A stretch of DNA of 64,000 nt from Bugula neritina (lineage: Eukaryota; Animalia; Bryozoa), in the NCBI GenBank assembly GCA_964035545.1, contig OZ037767.1, positions 24,072,628 to 24,136,627 on the forward strand, given 5' to 3'. Shown piece by piece: positions 1-13,874 of this stretch. Within the stretch, counting starts at the first letter, position 1. Each line of letters begins with the position of its first letter. The position numbers and the translations under genes are program-made. The notes beneath the pieces were generated by a model. The model ran no database searches and was not told the DNA's origin. It worked only from the letters and a program-made list of their open reading frames with translations.

Positions 1-386
1 TGTTCATCTGATTACGCAGATGATTTGCTGTAGTAGTGAAGTTTGAATGTGTTTTCTTTACGAATTTGGTCTGCACCGCCCGTTATGGCTGCAGATTAAT
101 TAAGGCTATGTAAGACAATAATGTAGGCTAGAATTGTGATATGCTAGAGTTACTTAGAACATGGCTGTGCTGGTGAATTTTTAATGAATATTTCTATTGG
201 CAATTGAAGCTAGAAGTTGCTCAAAATAGAAGATTTAATTTCCGTAGAAATAAATGTGTAGACATGGCTTATCCTAAATTTAGTTGTAGCTTTGCTAGGC
301 CAGGTTGTTTGTGTGTCATCAGGCAGCACTTTTCACTGGTGACAAGCCTACATGTTATATTATAAAACTTACTATGGTGATTTTAG

Positions 387-3300
387 GAACAGTAATAGCC
401 TCGGATCTACGTTTGTCCTCAGAGACAGGGTGCCTGTGAATGGGTTAGTGTGCGACCCACTCTTCACTGTTGTTTTCAGCTTAGAGTATATGATTTCAGA
501 GCCTCTCAAGAAATCAGCTAATCAGGTAATGACTAGTATAGTTGGGAGTTATATTCAGGTTCCTAAAGTTACACATTCGGTACCAAAATGCAAAATTAAA
601 GCCAGTTGTGTTAACAGAAAGCAGCAAGATCCATTTTTTATTGCAAAAACTTTGCCAAGACAAAACCTGTATCAGCACATGTGCTATACTATCAGGTGCT
701 ATATTAGCAGGTGAGATACTAACAGGTACTATATTATCAAGTGCTATATTATCAAGTGCTGTATGAGCAGGTGCTATATTTGGATGGTAAAAATTACGTT
801 TTGGCAACGCAGTATTTAGCCTGCGTAGGTAAATTATTTTCCTGGATTTTTGGTAATTGGGTGAATCGGCGACCCTCTTTCAGTGTTGACACAGACTTTA
901 AGTTAAAACTTTTATTAGTTTAATTATTCCAATAGCTATTGACCTTGTACAAGAAGGGTTTTATCTGTTTGAAAAGCATAACAACTGTGTTTTAACGAAC
1001 ATATTTCACACAGTTTTCTGCAAAATTTGCTGCTAGCTCCTAGGCCGCCTACCCATTTCTGTAAAATCATTATGTTTTAGAATAACTTTTTTATCAGACT
1101 ATATTCTGTTGTATTAAATTGGAATCAAAAAGATTTTTTAAAACAACAATTCCATGCTCCTGTTGACTTCATAGCTAGTTCAGAGTTGGAATTTCAAGTA
1201 TATGTCACGTGTTGCAGGTTTCACTGAACAAATCACAGAGTTTCCCAGTGTCTATTAGGTGGGCTGGGTGGTCACCATTCATCAAATCCCCTCGCTCTGG
1301 AGAGCAGGTCACTGTACGTATACCAGTAGTTAGTGTACGTGTACCCAGTAGTTAGTGTACGTATACCCAGTTAGTACATGTGTATCAAGTTAGTGCTTGT
1401 GTACCAAGTTATAATATTTATTATAGTATTGCAATTTCTATAGCATACACCTGTGTAAGATGCTGGAGTAGAGGTCTTATTCGGTAGACCGGTTGTGTTT
1501 GTAGCTGTCATTTGGGGGCGGGCCAACAGCTAGCCCTGACAATGTGCTGACTTACAAACTTCCCAAGTTTGAAATGGAGAGCCAATCAGCTATAAAAGAA
1601 ATGACTGGCACGATGACTTTTACTTTCCTGGATGCTAAGAAGGTACAGGTGCACTCAACTCTCACTTTAGTCAAGTTGAACACATTTAGTATGACTGAAA
1701 TTCTTGGACAAAAGCTTGCTACAACTTTACAAATTTGACTGAATTCAAGAATTGTAAAATACTTGCTGCAAGTCTATTAAATTTAAATAAGTCAACATTT
1801 AGAGGTACCTAATTCAATCATTAACACTGCAACAAGGCTGAGAGAAATTTGCAGAATTTTAGTAATTTAATAAAATTTTGATGAAAATTCTTATTAAGTA
1901 TAATTTTAGTATTTTTATAGAAAATAAAGTATGGTGGTTTAAATGTTAATGTTCATTCATCGTAGATGAATGTGAGTTTTCAGCAGCCATTAACTTGTTG
2001 CTTTTTAATTATTTGAACTGCAGTGTGTCACTACTACAACTTCTTCATTTGACAAGACACTCGAACATTGCTTAACTTGACTTGAGTATTTAAAGCCTGA
2101 ACCATGACTCATCAGTAATATACTCGAATACCATTTTACAGTTTAATCATTGCTTGATATTGAAATTGTGTTCCCTTGTTTGTCACAAAGTTTCAAGTGT
2201 TGAATGAGGCACTTTTGGCAACTGTCAGAATTGAACATGATTGTTAGCGACACTCGCCTTTCTCTTTACAAATAGAAGCTCATTGCTATTCCATGTCTCA
2301 TATCGTTCAACCAGTTACATTGCATATTTGCCATATTATATCTTCGTTTTTCAAATTGTCTATTGATCGTACAATGGCCGTATTGTTAAACAGGAAATGA
2401 ATGGACATGAGATGGCAGTCAGCTCCAACCTAGCTGTTCCTTACCAACAGCCTGCTGCCAGCTATGTATCTGACACTAGCATGTATACAGAGAGTATGCT
2501 GCATTCGGCTACCGGAGCCGTCGTTGGCAAGCCGCCAAGAAGTGCCCCCACAACTCCAAGGTATAATGTGATTCGGTCTTTAGCTTCCACTCTGAGATTT
2601 GTAATGATTTATTGCTTTTTCTTAATAGAAAACTGCCGGAAATAAAGCATCATACACAGCATCACTAACCATGCTGCCTTGAATTTTATTCATATTTTGT
2701 ACGATTTCACATCCAACTGTTGATTACAGTGATGGTCGTCACAATGTGTCGGCTGCTTCAATTGGTAACTCATACCATAGCATGCCCTATAAAGTCAGCA
2801 GGTATAGTAAGAGTATTACATCGCACACTATAGTCACTTTAGTATGCAGTATAGTGTCTGCTTTACCTGCAAGTTGGCACCACACCTGATATATAAGTTA
2901 TTATGTAATGCCAGTTGGATTTTTCAGAACACAAAAGTGCTTCTATAAAGTATAATTATCAGTTGACTGTAACACTCGGTAGTTCTGAATAGCTGGGCAT
3001 TGGCTGTATATATAAGATCTTAAGTTATTCTACCTTCTCAAAGTAATAAAAATATTCTGTGTAGTTTCTAAAATCATCATCTACCAGCTTATGTATTGGA
3101 AAGATAACCACATGTACAAAAGTAGCTGCAAGTAGGTAGAATAGGTAAATCAACTCAAGTGAGTAGTTACAGGTAAGTAGCTACAGGTAAGTAGTTACAG
3201 GTAAGTAGTTCTAGGCTACCCATGGATTTATTTGCAGCCTTGCTAAAATTTTGGCAGCTTTTAAATATTTTTTTCAAAAAGCATAAATAATTTTTTTCTT

Positions 3301-6300
3301 CTCCTGGAATGTGTTAGCAATGTCCATCAGGTATTTGTCTGTATTTGTATTTATGTATAGTTATGTATGATTGTTGCTATATATCATATAAATCAAAACA
3401 TTCAATAGGTAACCACAAATCCCTTACTGTTCATGTATCTCATGTCATTACACTAGACTGTAGAAGTTATATTATAATATTCATCATTTTCAGTCTACAC
3501 TAATCTTGAATGAAGTTTATTTAGCTTCAATAATAGAAAATTACAGTTGAATTATTATTCAGTGTAAATTATCTTAGAGTGAAAAAGTTTGTTAGTCTGA
3601 ATCCCTCTTTGTAGATCTTCACTTCATAGACAAAGTTTAATTTCTCAGTCTAGCCTCAACCCAGAAAATCGGGCTGTACCAGAGCCGCCCCAGCAGTATG
3701 TTGAGCCTCAGTGTTGTGCCTAATGTTTACTAATATTGGTTCTTGCTTACGAAGTTGCTTTGCAGTTGATATTGTTTCTGAGAATTCTAGTAGACCACAC
3801 ATGCACACACTAACCCACACCTGATAGCCTATGCGGTAGTTTACACCACTACTACACAACACCACACCTTAATTTTACCTTAAGGGGTTTTGCTATTTAT
3901 ATCATTTAAAAAGCTGAAAGTTTTCTGATGATAAACCAACACAATATAAATATATTCTACAGTATAGGAAGGCAAAAATTTTATATAATTCTACTACAAC
4001 TCAAGAACTACTAGTGATGACACTGAGTATTAGTGACTATGTACTGACACCATATACTGAGTATTAGTGACTTATAGTCACTGCTGTGACTAATAACAAT
4101 GTAGTTAAACCAACGGATTGTAAACCACAAGCTTTTAGTTGTTAGCTGTTTGAGTTCTCCTTAATTTGTTCAGTTGTCGTTGTCATAACGCGTGTTTTTG
4201 TTATTACCTTAAATACATAATGATTTTACATTGTCTATTTTTATTATGTTGCTAACTTTTGAAAGTTTTTAGTGTTGACTGTTGACCAGTCTGTATGCTT
4301 TTGGTCTTTAAAATTTGTAAATTTAGACTTAAAACTGCTTGGGAGTCATAGGCTTATAGCCTTGCTATGCACCACCCTAATCTCTTCTTAGGACAGAAGG
4401 CTACAGGAACATCGCCATAGTCTTTTACTGTTTTGCTGATACCAAAGTGATAGAAACTCTTTCCTTACAGATCTCATGGGGCTTCTTCGCCTCGTCCTGT
4501 ACCCGCTTACTCTCCGCAGAACTCTGGTTACATGATGTCACCTCAGCAGAACTCTGGCTATGGTCTACCTCCGTCCCCACAACAATCGGTGTGTATATCT
4601 TCGTTTTCTACGCTTTTTGCTAACTGAGTAAGATTTTAGGCTAGCAAAACCTCCATCTGAGGGCAAGCAAAACTTGTTTATTTTAAGTTTATAGTCAATT
4701 ATTTTATTTTACTATCTGATCATATGTGTACATTATATATGGTCTTTTCACTTTATCACTGGTGATGATGACATGTTTTATGATTAACTGAGGTGTTTTC
4801 CGTGCAGGTAAAATACTGCTGTGAAAGAGTACAGTAGTTTTTTTTACCTGCATGTAGGTTCAAAGAACTTTTTTCACTTCAGGTTCTACCCGCCTACCAG
4901 CAACCTGGCAGTCCTATTTTAATGCAACAACAACACCCTATGGCTCAGCCGTATCAAGGTCATGTGATGTCACTTCCTCCTCCTCCTACAGGCTATCCTA
5001 CTGGTCCAGTCGGCTATCCAATAGAAATCAGACACTTGACTGACGTAAGCCATTGCAGTTCAATTATCACTGAATGTAAAACTCTTGCAAGCTTATAGTC
5101 ACTCTCCCTGTGAGAATCCCTGGTGGAAAGGGTTTTTTAAAGTGGGCTAAGGACTTATTTATATGTGGCACAGGAGCAATTATGACTGGATGCTCTTCCT
5201 AACATCACCTAACATCACTGTCCTTATGTTTACTAAGCCAGTGCTCTAACCACTAGACCACGGCTGCTCCCTAACTAGCACTGACTATACTCGTAGCATG
5301 AATTTTACAAACACTCTAGAAACAATTGGTTTTCATACAATTTTTTTAGTTTTGAACATGTACATACATTATGTATAATAACTTCTGGTGTTTAATGGTT
5401 GCAGTCAGCTACACAAGGCAACGTCACTGTCAGCGGTGGAGATGGTGATTTGGAAGAACTTCCTTTCACTCCGGTACATGCCACCATAATGGCCGCACCT
5501 CCAGGTTAGTTGTTCTTTGTTGCATCTGTAGTGTACTTTGAATATCAGCTTCCACGAGGGTTTACGCCAAATTTTCTAAAAAGATACAATGTTTTCATTT
5601 TTCAATGTTGAAATAATTGAATTGGGTATGTTTGTGTAGTGTTGTATCTTAGAATTCAAAAACACCAACACCTATGCGGGTAACATTCATTCTGTTTTCA
5701 GATACATATCAAGAAATATTGCATCAATCTAATGTCTTACAAACTTTTATTTTACTTAAAATTTTCAATAAAATACATTTATATAGCACATACAGACTGC
5801 ACATTGCAAAAAAAACAAAACAATATTGTATCAGTGTAAAAATTTCTAGGTTGTTAGATTTTTTGTTCTTGCAATAATTTGCATTAAAGCATTAAAATAA
5901 TGTATAAAAAGAAACAGTTTAATTGGAAAGAATACAGATAAGCGCGTCCTAGTATTTGCAGCTGCCTTTCTTGGGCAATATATTGTATTTCTCAATCATA
6001 TAGCACATCACATTTGGTAGTCAAGAAAAATGAAAGTATTTATTGTAACCCAGCATTGTATATTCTGGTTATGCATGCACAGAGCTGGTTGGAATGCTCT
6101 ACCACATGCAGGCGCACAGACACACTAGCTCCTATATTATCTAATATTTGTCTAAGGCTGCCGTCACATGTTACTTCTTATACAAACCTCACCCTACACG
6201 TCTAAGTATATTGTAGGAAGCAACACGGGGTCTAGACTATCCAGAGCTGCTTATGCTAGACTTTATGCCGCCAATTTCCCTCCGATACTCGACAGGCACA

Positions 6301-9300
6301 AACATGATGCAGAGGTCGTGAACCCTAGTGACTATCTCAACTTCGTCATGGCTAGGGAGGAGTCTGACCAACTTCAGTGTAACGAGATAGTTCTCCAGTT
6401 CCTGGCATTCTCTCGGTAATTATGGTTCTGTATTGGGCTCTAAGTTCATTCTAGTCTTTTATTCCTGTTACCAGTCTTTGATTTTTAGGTTTTATTATGA
6501 ATATCATGTGTTTTTCATACTATTGTGACTCATTACTATTTTATGTTCATTTAGACCGATGTATACAGTGTGTGAATATGTTACACATATGTTATGTAGT
6601 GTACTGTATAACCCTGCAGGATGGCTATTGTAAGAGCAGAGGGGGGAACTGATAAACACTCGACTGTGTTCTTCACCTTCCAGTTCTACAAGTTCCCTCA
6701 CATAACTACAGAAAGACTTCTTTTGGGGGAGCCGGAGCAGCAGTTAACTGCTGACCGCTCAGCCCAGCCCTGTATTCTCAGGAGATTGGCCACAGACGGC
6801 AAAATAAAGGATGGGCCAGCAGGCTATCAGGTTTGGGAGAGTTTATGGTTATTGTGTGCTGGTCACTGGCGAGGTATTAGTGAGCTAAGGAGTGCATTGC
6901 CAGCCAATGAGATGATGTCATAATGTTTGTGAGATGTTGTACCAGCAGTGCTGCTGTATCTGTGCTGCTTCTCAGTGGTGACCTCATCAGCTTACTTTGG
7001 GTATTGACTTGTATATCATTGTAAGCAGGTAGATTAATTTGTGTATCGTGATATGCAGGTAAAGTTGTTGATTTGTCTATCTTGACTTGTATATCATGGT
7101 ACGCAGGTAAGTATATTGGTTTGTATATCATGGTACGCAGGTAAATTAATGACTTGTATATCATGATATGCAGGTAAGTATATTGGTTTGTATATCATGG
7201 TACGCGGGTAAATTAATGACTTGTATATCATGATATGCAGGTAAGTATATTGGTTTGTATATCATGGTACGCGGGTAAAGTAATGACTTGTATATCATGA
7301 TATGCAGGTAAGTATATTGACTTGTATATCATATGCAGGTAAAGTATGTGGTGGATCCGACTCATATGAAGCCTGGGGAAGGAAGTCTGTTTGTCCGACA
7401 TTTGTCTCAACAGACACTCCATATTGACGTCTGGGATGGTGACTCGCTGCTCCTTATTGGCTCATCTGCTGTCGAACTCAAAGTGTGTATCTATTTGTGT
7501 TACAACTGAAAGTTTAGCTATTCAAGTTTTGAGTTATTTATCAATATCAAACAGAGCTAATACTTATAAAACTAAATATATTTCTAAACATCTCTAGATA
7601 ATTCAATGAAACTGTTATATGAGATGAATTTTTAAAAGGAATGACACTAAAAAAGCAAATTTAAGCAACTATTTTGTGATATTTATACACTGACTGTTAA
7701 ACACTATAGAATATTGTATATATGTGGTGATAATCTAATAGAAATTTCGAAATGCACCTTTGTTATCATCAAGCCTCTCAATTTTATACAAGAGCTGTTT
7801 TAAACAAACTATAGTTGCTTTTTACTGCTAGTTGTAGTTATAATTTTGTTATTTCTATCTAATAGCTAGATATGTTGTAATAATTGTATTTCTAAACATG
7901 TACATCTGTCTGTATGTTACTGCTAGTACAAGATGTTGTATCCTGAAGTAGGTGAAGAGAAGGCAACTTCTAAGTTCATAATATATTATTACAGCACCTC
8001 TGTAGACAGGGTAGAGAGGCAGTACAGGTGAGCTATGAGTTGGATATAATGTCTTCTGAAGTGAGTGAAGACAAATCTACCTCCTACACTGGAGATCTTT
8101 CTCGAGGAGGAAGTGTACGTCCTGTAGGCGTTCACACTGCACTGAAGGGCAAACTTCATCTTCGACTTGCTAACGTTGGTAAGATCATATTTCTACGTGA
8201 TTCTTGGTGCAGGAGATCATCCACATCTCTTTAACCCCATTTTGGCTGAATATTGTTGAAACATTTAGAATAAAATGATATCTTTTATTGACAGCATCGA
8301 GTATTCTATTATGAAATAACTAAAGCAAGCTAATTATTGTGAAGAACTATTTACCACCTGTTACGTTACTACCATATATCCAGGTCACCCAGTTGATCCA
8401 AAGTTTCTACCCAAAAGTCGAACACTGCCTAACGCTCTGACGACTTCTGTTATAAAGCCTGAAAAGGGTGACATGCAGGGATCTTTTATTGGCGGGAGTC
8501 TCAGCTGCATACAGAACACCGCAGGTGACAGTTAATAATTGAAAGGATTAAGTTGCGGTGGTGTGCAGCTCTACAAAGTCGAATTTTTGGTGTATTGTAG
8601 AGCTGCTCAGACTCTGCTATGTTGTAGAGCTTCACAAAATCATCTATTTTTTGTAGAGCTGTTTACACCTCATTTTTATTTTAGAGTTACATAGACGGTC
8701 TGCTAAAGCCAGTCACTTAAGGCATACGAATACGGAGTTGGCTTCTCTTTTACATTCTCGGCAGCACCAAACAAATGTTGATGAAAGTCTCTTGATGAAA
8801 AATAAAAAGCTGGCTAGAATGGCAGCAGTTAGAGACCGGTTGATGCAGACGTCAGAGGGAGGGGGTGACGAGAACTCCGCCATCAAAACATTGCTGGTGG
8901 GTTTTCTTACTCGTAATACTTTTCTGGGTGTATAATCACTGTAGTCAATGTGTTGAGGTGTTGGGCTAAGTTTGAAGTATTTATTATCTAACATTAGTAA
9001 ATCTCACTGTCGGTTTTATCGATTTATGGACAAAGTTTGTAGCTGCTGAACATTATTATTACAATATTTTTTTATTTCGATTTTGTTGATATAAAATAAA
9101 TGTACAGCATTCTGCACATATATTAGTCATTTTCAAATAAACTCTTCTCCCATGGGCCGTATATTCAATTTATAATTAGGGGTTGCACTCCCTTAGCAAG
9201 TATGTCCTTTAACTTAATCATATAGAAATGTCTCATTGAAATTTCAGAATTTGACTGCTACATGAAATCCAAACTATGATATAAAATTGTTATTCTAAGA

Positions 9301-12300
9301 GATATATTTTCGTGGCAGCACACATATTTGTATTTCAATAAGTTTTTTCAAAAATATTTTTCCTATTAAAATTGAAAACCATTAAGTTGAAAGTATTTTT
9401 ATGGAAACTTGCTTATTGAGCAATGGCTACAGTGGCAGCTAGGATTTAAATCCTATTCAATAAATTTTCTATTTTTGAAATTCAATATTAGAAATTCTAG
9501 AGTTTCAGCTGCGTATAGTTGTATATGTATACTTCTAGAGTTTCAGCTGCGTATAGTTGTATATAATGTATACTTCTACAGTTTCAGCTGTGTATAGTTG
9601 TATATAATGTATACTTCTACAGTTTCAGCTGCGTATAGTTGTATATAATGTATACTTCTAGAGTTTCAGCTGCGTATAGTTGTATATAATGTATACTTCT
9701 AGAGTTTCAAGCATCAAAAAGCTGAAAGAGCTCGAGATCTGAAGATAATGGAAGCTTACAGATCTCAGTCTAAGGCTGATGGTTAGTCAATGAGTCATTT
9801 GCAGTTTTTACCAATTTAAATCTCCTTTTCGTATGCTTTTTTTATAAGCAACAGAAGACTTTAGAAATATGTTTCAACAACTGACTTTTAATCAAACCTT
9901 CAGCATGTTAGGACTTGAATAATGTAATTAATTTTTTTCGTTTTCATCGTCCTCTCACTTTCAGATATATTATGATAATAGTTTGTAAGATAAAGCACTG
10001 CTTTGCTCCTTGCAGGTATCAGGAACATGTTGAATCAAGCGATAACTACGGAACACGTCATTCACCCTTCTATGGGCAGCACCGAGTTCTTTGAGTATCA
10101 ACTGTCCAACCCTAATAACTCAGAAGTTACCATTTCAATTCGAGTTGACTGTGATGAAATCAGGTAAAGCAGCAGGAAGTGTTTACTTGATACGCTGATG
10201 GATGAAAACTTTATACCTATTAAAAAACTTTATACATATTAAAAAACTATAAGTTGTCTTTTTCATGCAATTTGGAATTTCATGCATAATTTTTTAACTT
10301 ATAGTTTGTTTACTGTAGTTTTACGTCTTTTGAAGCAATTTCATAAGCTTGTAGTGATAATAGAGTTGTAATATAAAGGATATCAAAAATCATTTCTTTC
10401 AGAGATGCTTAAATATTGTAACAGATAACTGCTTTGCTATTTCAGTGTTATTACTGATGCCCGGGAATGGAGACATTTCAAGCAACTGTATAAGCTAGAT
10501 ACACCCATTGAAGAAGGAATGTTTAATACTGAAGGTAGTATCTCTATGAAACTATTATCAAATAAAATTATTTTTAAGAACTTTTGATAATAAGCAAGTA
10601 AAATTTCCAATAGCTTGACTCAATGCCATTTGAAATCACAGAATTCATTGTTGTGGTAAATGCATATCGTGCAGTATTAAGATATATGACAGTTAATGTT
10701 ATCATGTATGTAGTTTATATTTGTTTTTATGAGTGTAATTTTAATCATAATTGATATTACTCTATTTTAGTGAATTTTTTCAAAATACTGGAATTTTGAC
10801 AATATTTAACGTATCTAATAAAATTAGTATTTCTTTGATGGCTTTTATTATCTGCTAGCGGTGCCACTCTACTCCACACTTTAAATCTCCACGATCCTGG
10901 TATTTTTTCAACTCAAAGAGCTTGTGTTTTATGTTCTATTCAGTGACAAGAAAGGACCCTGAAGTGTTCCTCAGACCTAAAGAGACGGTCTACATACCTA
11001 TGAAGTACGTGAGTTACGAGGCCAATCACAACTGCTCTTCTGATTCCCCAGGGCTTTCTGATCTCAACTCTGCTATGAGAAGCACAAACGCTGCTGGACT
11101 CAACAAAACGATGTCTACTCGACTGCACAAGATACATTTTAATGCTTTAGGTAAGACATGCAGTGCATACTACAGAGTAGGCTATATGAGTGCAGTGCAT
11201 GTGTTATATGTGCACTGGGTGTGTAGAGGAAGTTCAGCTAGGGAGAACTTCTATTCGCAAATCTGTTATAAGTGAAATAGAAACTTCTAGAAATTCTGAA
11301 AAGCTCACAATTTTGGTTATATCCTGTTCAACTTTTCATGTAAATAAATGCATGAAAAAGAAGGGAGCCGAGTTTTTTCTTTAAAAACACTCTAATGAAT
11401 GCTCAGCTGGCTGTACCATGCACTTCAACTTTTAAAGTGAATTCTCACTTCACATTACATTTTAACGAGCAACTTTGAAGTATCAAGTTTTAAATCTAGC
11501 TATTCTATCTTATTGCCTTAATAACCAACGTTTTTGCTATGAAAATGGTAATGTATATAGTTAAAGTTTAATATGTTATAGTCAAATTTTGTATTTTTTG
11601 CAATATGTTTGCTGAATTTGTTCTAGTGTGCTTCTTAAGAATGTCTCAACCTACATATTATTTATTGATTGCAAGGAGACAACAAGTTAATAGCCATCTT
11701 GGCTCTCAAAGTTGAGCCAGAGCCACACGTCATTGACCAGACATTCAGATTCCATCAGCCTGAACAGAGCTTCCTCAAGAAATCTATTCGTCTTCCTCCA
11801 TTCCAGAACATGATAGGTGGTCTGGTTGACCGTAGCGGCTATCAACAACTCGTGGTCAAATGCAGTGATGCCAATGTCATCTGTGAGAGTTACAAGAGGC
11901 AGACTGGGGAACCTCAAGATGTTTTTATTAAGGTTAGGCATCAGCTTTCATATGTGAAGTGTTAGAATGCCTTCTTTGCCAGTTTCAATCAACAATGAAT
12001 CAGCAGCTTATTTGAAGTTTTGATAATATATTTTTTGTTTTAATTTTTTTATAGATACAAAGTACTCCAATTTAAAACTAACATTTATAACTAAGCAAGT
12101 ATTTATTGTAGTCAATGTTTAAGGTCCTCTAGACAGTTGAATGGCAGGTAGATTAGTCTGATTGGTTAACTGAGCAAATGGATTTCATGGTATAGTTTTG
12201 TCTAATATCTCTAAGAAACATCTTTAGCTGTTACTTCTAGATGTTTATGTTGGTTGAAGAAACCCGCCATGTCAAGTTAGGTTTTTGTTTCAGGCTGCCG

Positions 12301-13874
12301 TTGGTGCGAGCCCTCAGCAAAAGAAGTTTTTTGTGTGCATTTACTCGGATATGTTTATGAGTAAACCCGATCAGATATGGCAGTTCTATGTACACGCTCT
12401 GCAACGTGTGGATGTGGGATGTGTAGAGGGGCAGACAACTCGAATAAGTCTGATATTGAGGTTAGTGATGATCAATTTTACAGTTGAACTAATGGCATGA
12501 GAGCTGATGGTTGTATAGCAGTGTTTTTTCTGCAACTTTTGTACATAAATATGCTTTGTCTGACAACATAATCTGTTTATATATAGAGGCACCCAGTCCT
12601 CCAGACTAGTTCGCTGCTTTACATCACATCCTGGTCAGATGCAAGTATTGCCAAATGAAGCATTTATGTTGGCCGCTGGGGCAGTGCATGAGCTGCATGT
12701 TGGTAAGTTGCTGTGAACTGCCGCCCATATTACTTGTAAGTGTATTGCATTGTGTTTATGAGTATATGGAGTATGGAAATATAAGTTATACACACATCTT
12801 ACAGGTGTCAAACCTCTGCAAAGTGGCACAAAGTTCTTGTACCTAAATGTAGTGGACATAGAGTGTCATCAGCTGGTCAGAAACTGGCTGGTGTGTGTCA
12901 CCTGCTCAACTCCTGTCATCAGTAAAACCTTTGAGTTACAGCTGCCAGCAGGTGGGTGCTGTCTATGAATAACCTAAGTTCCTATAGTTTATAGGGGCAT
13001 GCGAGAGGCCACCTGTGTTAATGCAACTTGCTACGAGTACAACACTGTTTTATCCAATAAAAATTAGCGCCTTGTAGCAAAATTGCTTGCCTTTGAAAAT
13101 TGTTTGATAAACGTTCAACTTCACTCAATGTGTTGGGCTCTTTTTATTCTGCTGGCTAGGCTATAATATTCGCAGTCTTGGCGATTTATGATTCAATGCT
13201 ATTCAAATGGCCATAATTATGGAATCGTCTGCTCCATAAGGCTAACACTAGCTCATGTGTTCTTAACATAGAAGGGAGATAACTCTGTAAATTTTGATTA
13301 TATGATAAGTAGTTAGGTCCTCTGTTATCAGCATGCACCAGATACGAGTATTTTATAAAATATTATCATACTTATTACTACTGTAAGATGTTTAAATGAA
13401 CTTCTTTAATGTAGATGGAGGGAAAGGTAGCAACAAGAGAATTAGTTTCACCAATCCTTACTCTCAGATGAAGACATTTATTTTATCCAACAACCGAAAT
13501 GACTTGCTACAATTTAAGGAGACAAGACTAGAAATGCATCCGAAAGAGACCAGAGTTATAGGGTTGAGGTGAGGATAACCTTTTATACCCTTCATATGAT
13601 ATTTCAAGCAAATATTATCACATGTTATCATGTTTTGAAGTTGCAAATACTTTTTTTACACAAATTAAGGTGTTTTTATTACCCTTGGTCAAGTATGCGT
13701 ATATAACTTGTAAGAAATTACTTTTATTAACCATTCATTTGATTTGCTAGGTTTATGCCAGCTTTAAATACTGGTTCGGCTGAGATACTCATCTTTATAA
13801 ATGATGACGAAGACAAGAATGAAGAAACCTTCCGGGTCAAGGTGGACTACATTGCAGAGAATGAAGAAGATTAG
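387..13874 (+). CDS. NPHP4: Nephrocystin-4 (ciliary transition-zone protein), multi-exon, 5' part upstream of the window
   Basis: GT-AG exons, approx. 387-525, 1219-1313, 1505-1642, a Pro-rich middle (~2394-5504), ~6217-6415, 6620-6830, 7339-7482, ~7994-8178, ~8384-8524, 8685-8896, 9703-9781, 10016-10163, ~10446-10534, ~10944-11150, ~11676-11932, ~12293-12460, ~12588-12703, ~12805-12951, ~13415-13568, 13751-13874. Peptides match recalled NPHP4 motifs: [88 protein letters not shown]. Confidence 0.93.
680..781 (+). repeat. 15-bp minisatellite (~7 copies, CAGGTGCTATATTAT-like)
   Basis: Directly visible tandem units in an NPHP4 intron. Confidence 0.85.
1314..1410 (+). repeat. ~22-bp tandem repeat starting at an NPHP4 splice donor
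   Basis: GTACGTATACC(C)AGTAGTTAGT units decaying 3'-ward. Confidence 0.8.
3160..3210 (+). repeat. 14-bp tandem repeat TACAGGTAAGTAGY
   Basis: Three clear copies with decayed copies upstream. Confidence 0.8.
5092..5271 (-). mobile_element. tRNA-derived SINE copy
   Basis: Reverse complement starts GGGAGCAGCCGTGGTCTAGTGGTTAGAGC (pol III A-box) and contains AGGAAGAGCATCCAGTCATAATTGCTCCTGTGCC, identical to the core of the copy at 41547. Confidence 0.8.
7005..7345 (+). repeat. 33/34-bp minisatellite (~10 units) ending at an NPHP4 acceptor
   Basis: TTGTATATCATGRTAYGCRGGTAA units; the last unit supplies the acceptor of exon 7339. Confidence 0.92.
9496..9709 (+). repeat. 41-bp minisatellite (~5.3 units) ending at an NPHP4 acceptor
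   Basis: TTCTASAGTTTCAGCTGCGTATAGTTGTATATAATGTATAC units. Confidence 0.92.

Noticed and set aside
514-923. ORFs with repeating peptides (NIAPD, AILS, QVLY)
   Set aside because: Translations of the 15-bp intronic minisatellite.
6877-7422. Minus-strand ORFs with LPAYHD repeats
   Set aside because: Antisense translation of the 33/34-bp repeat.
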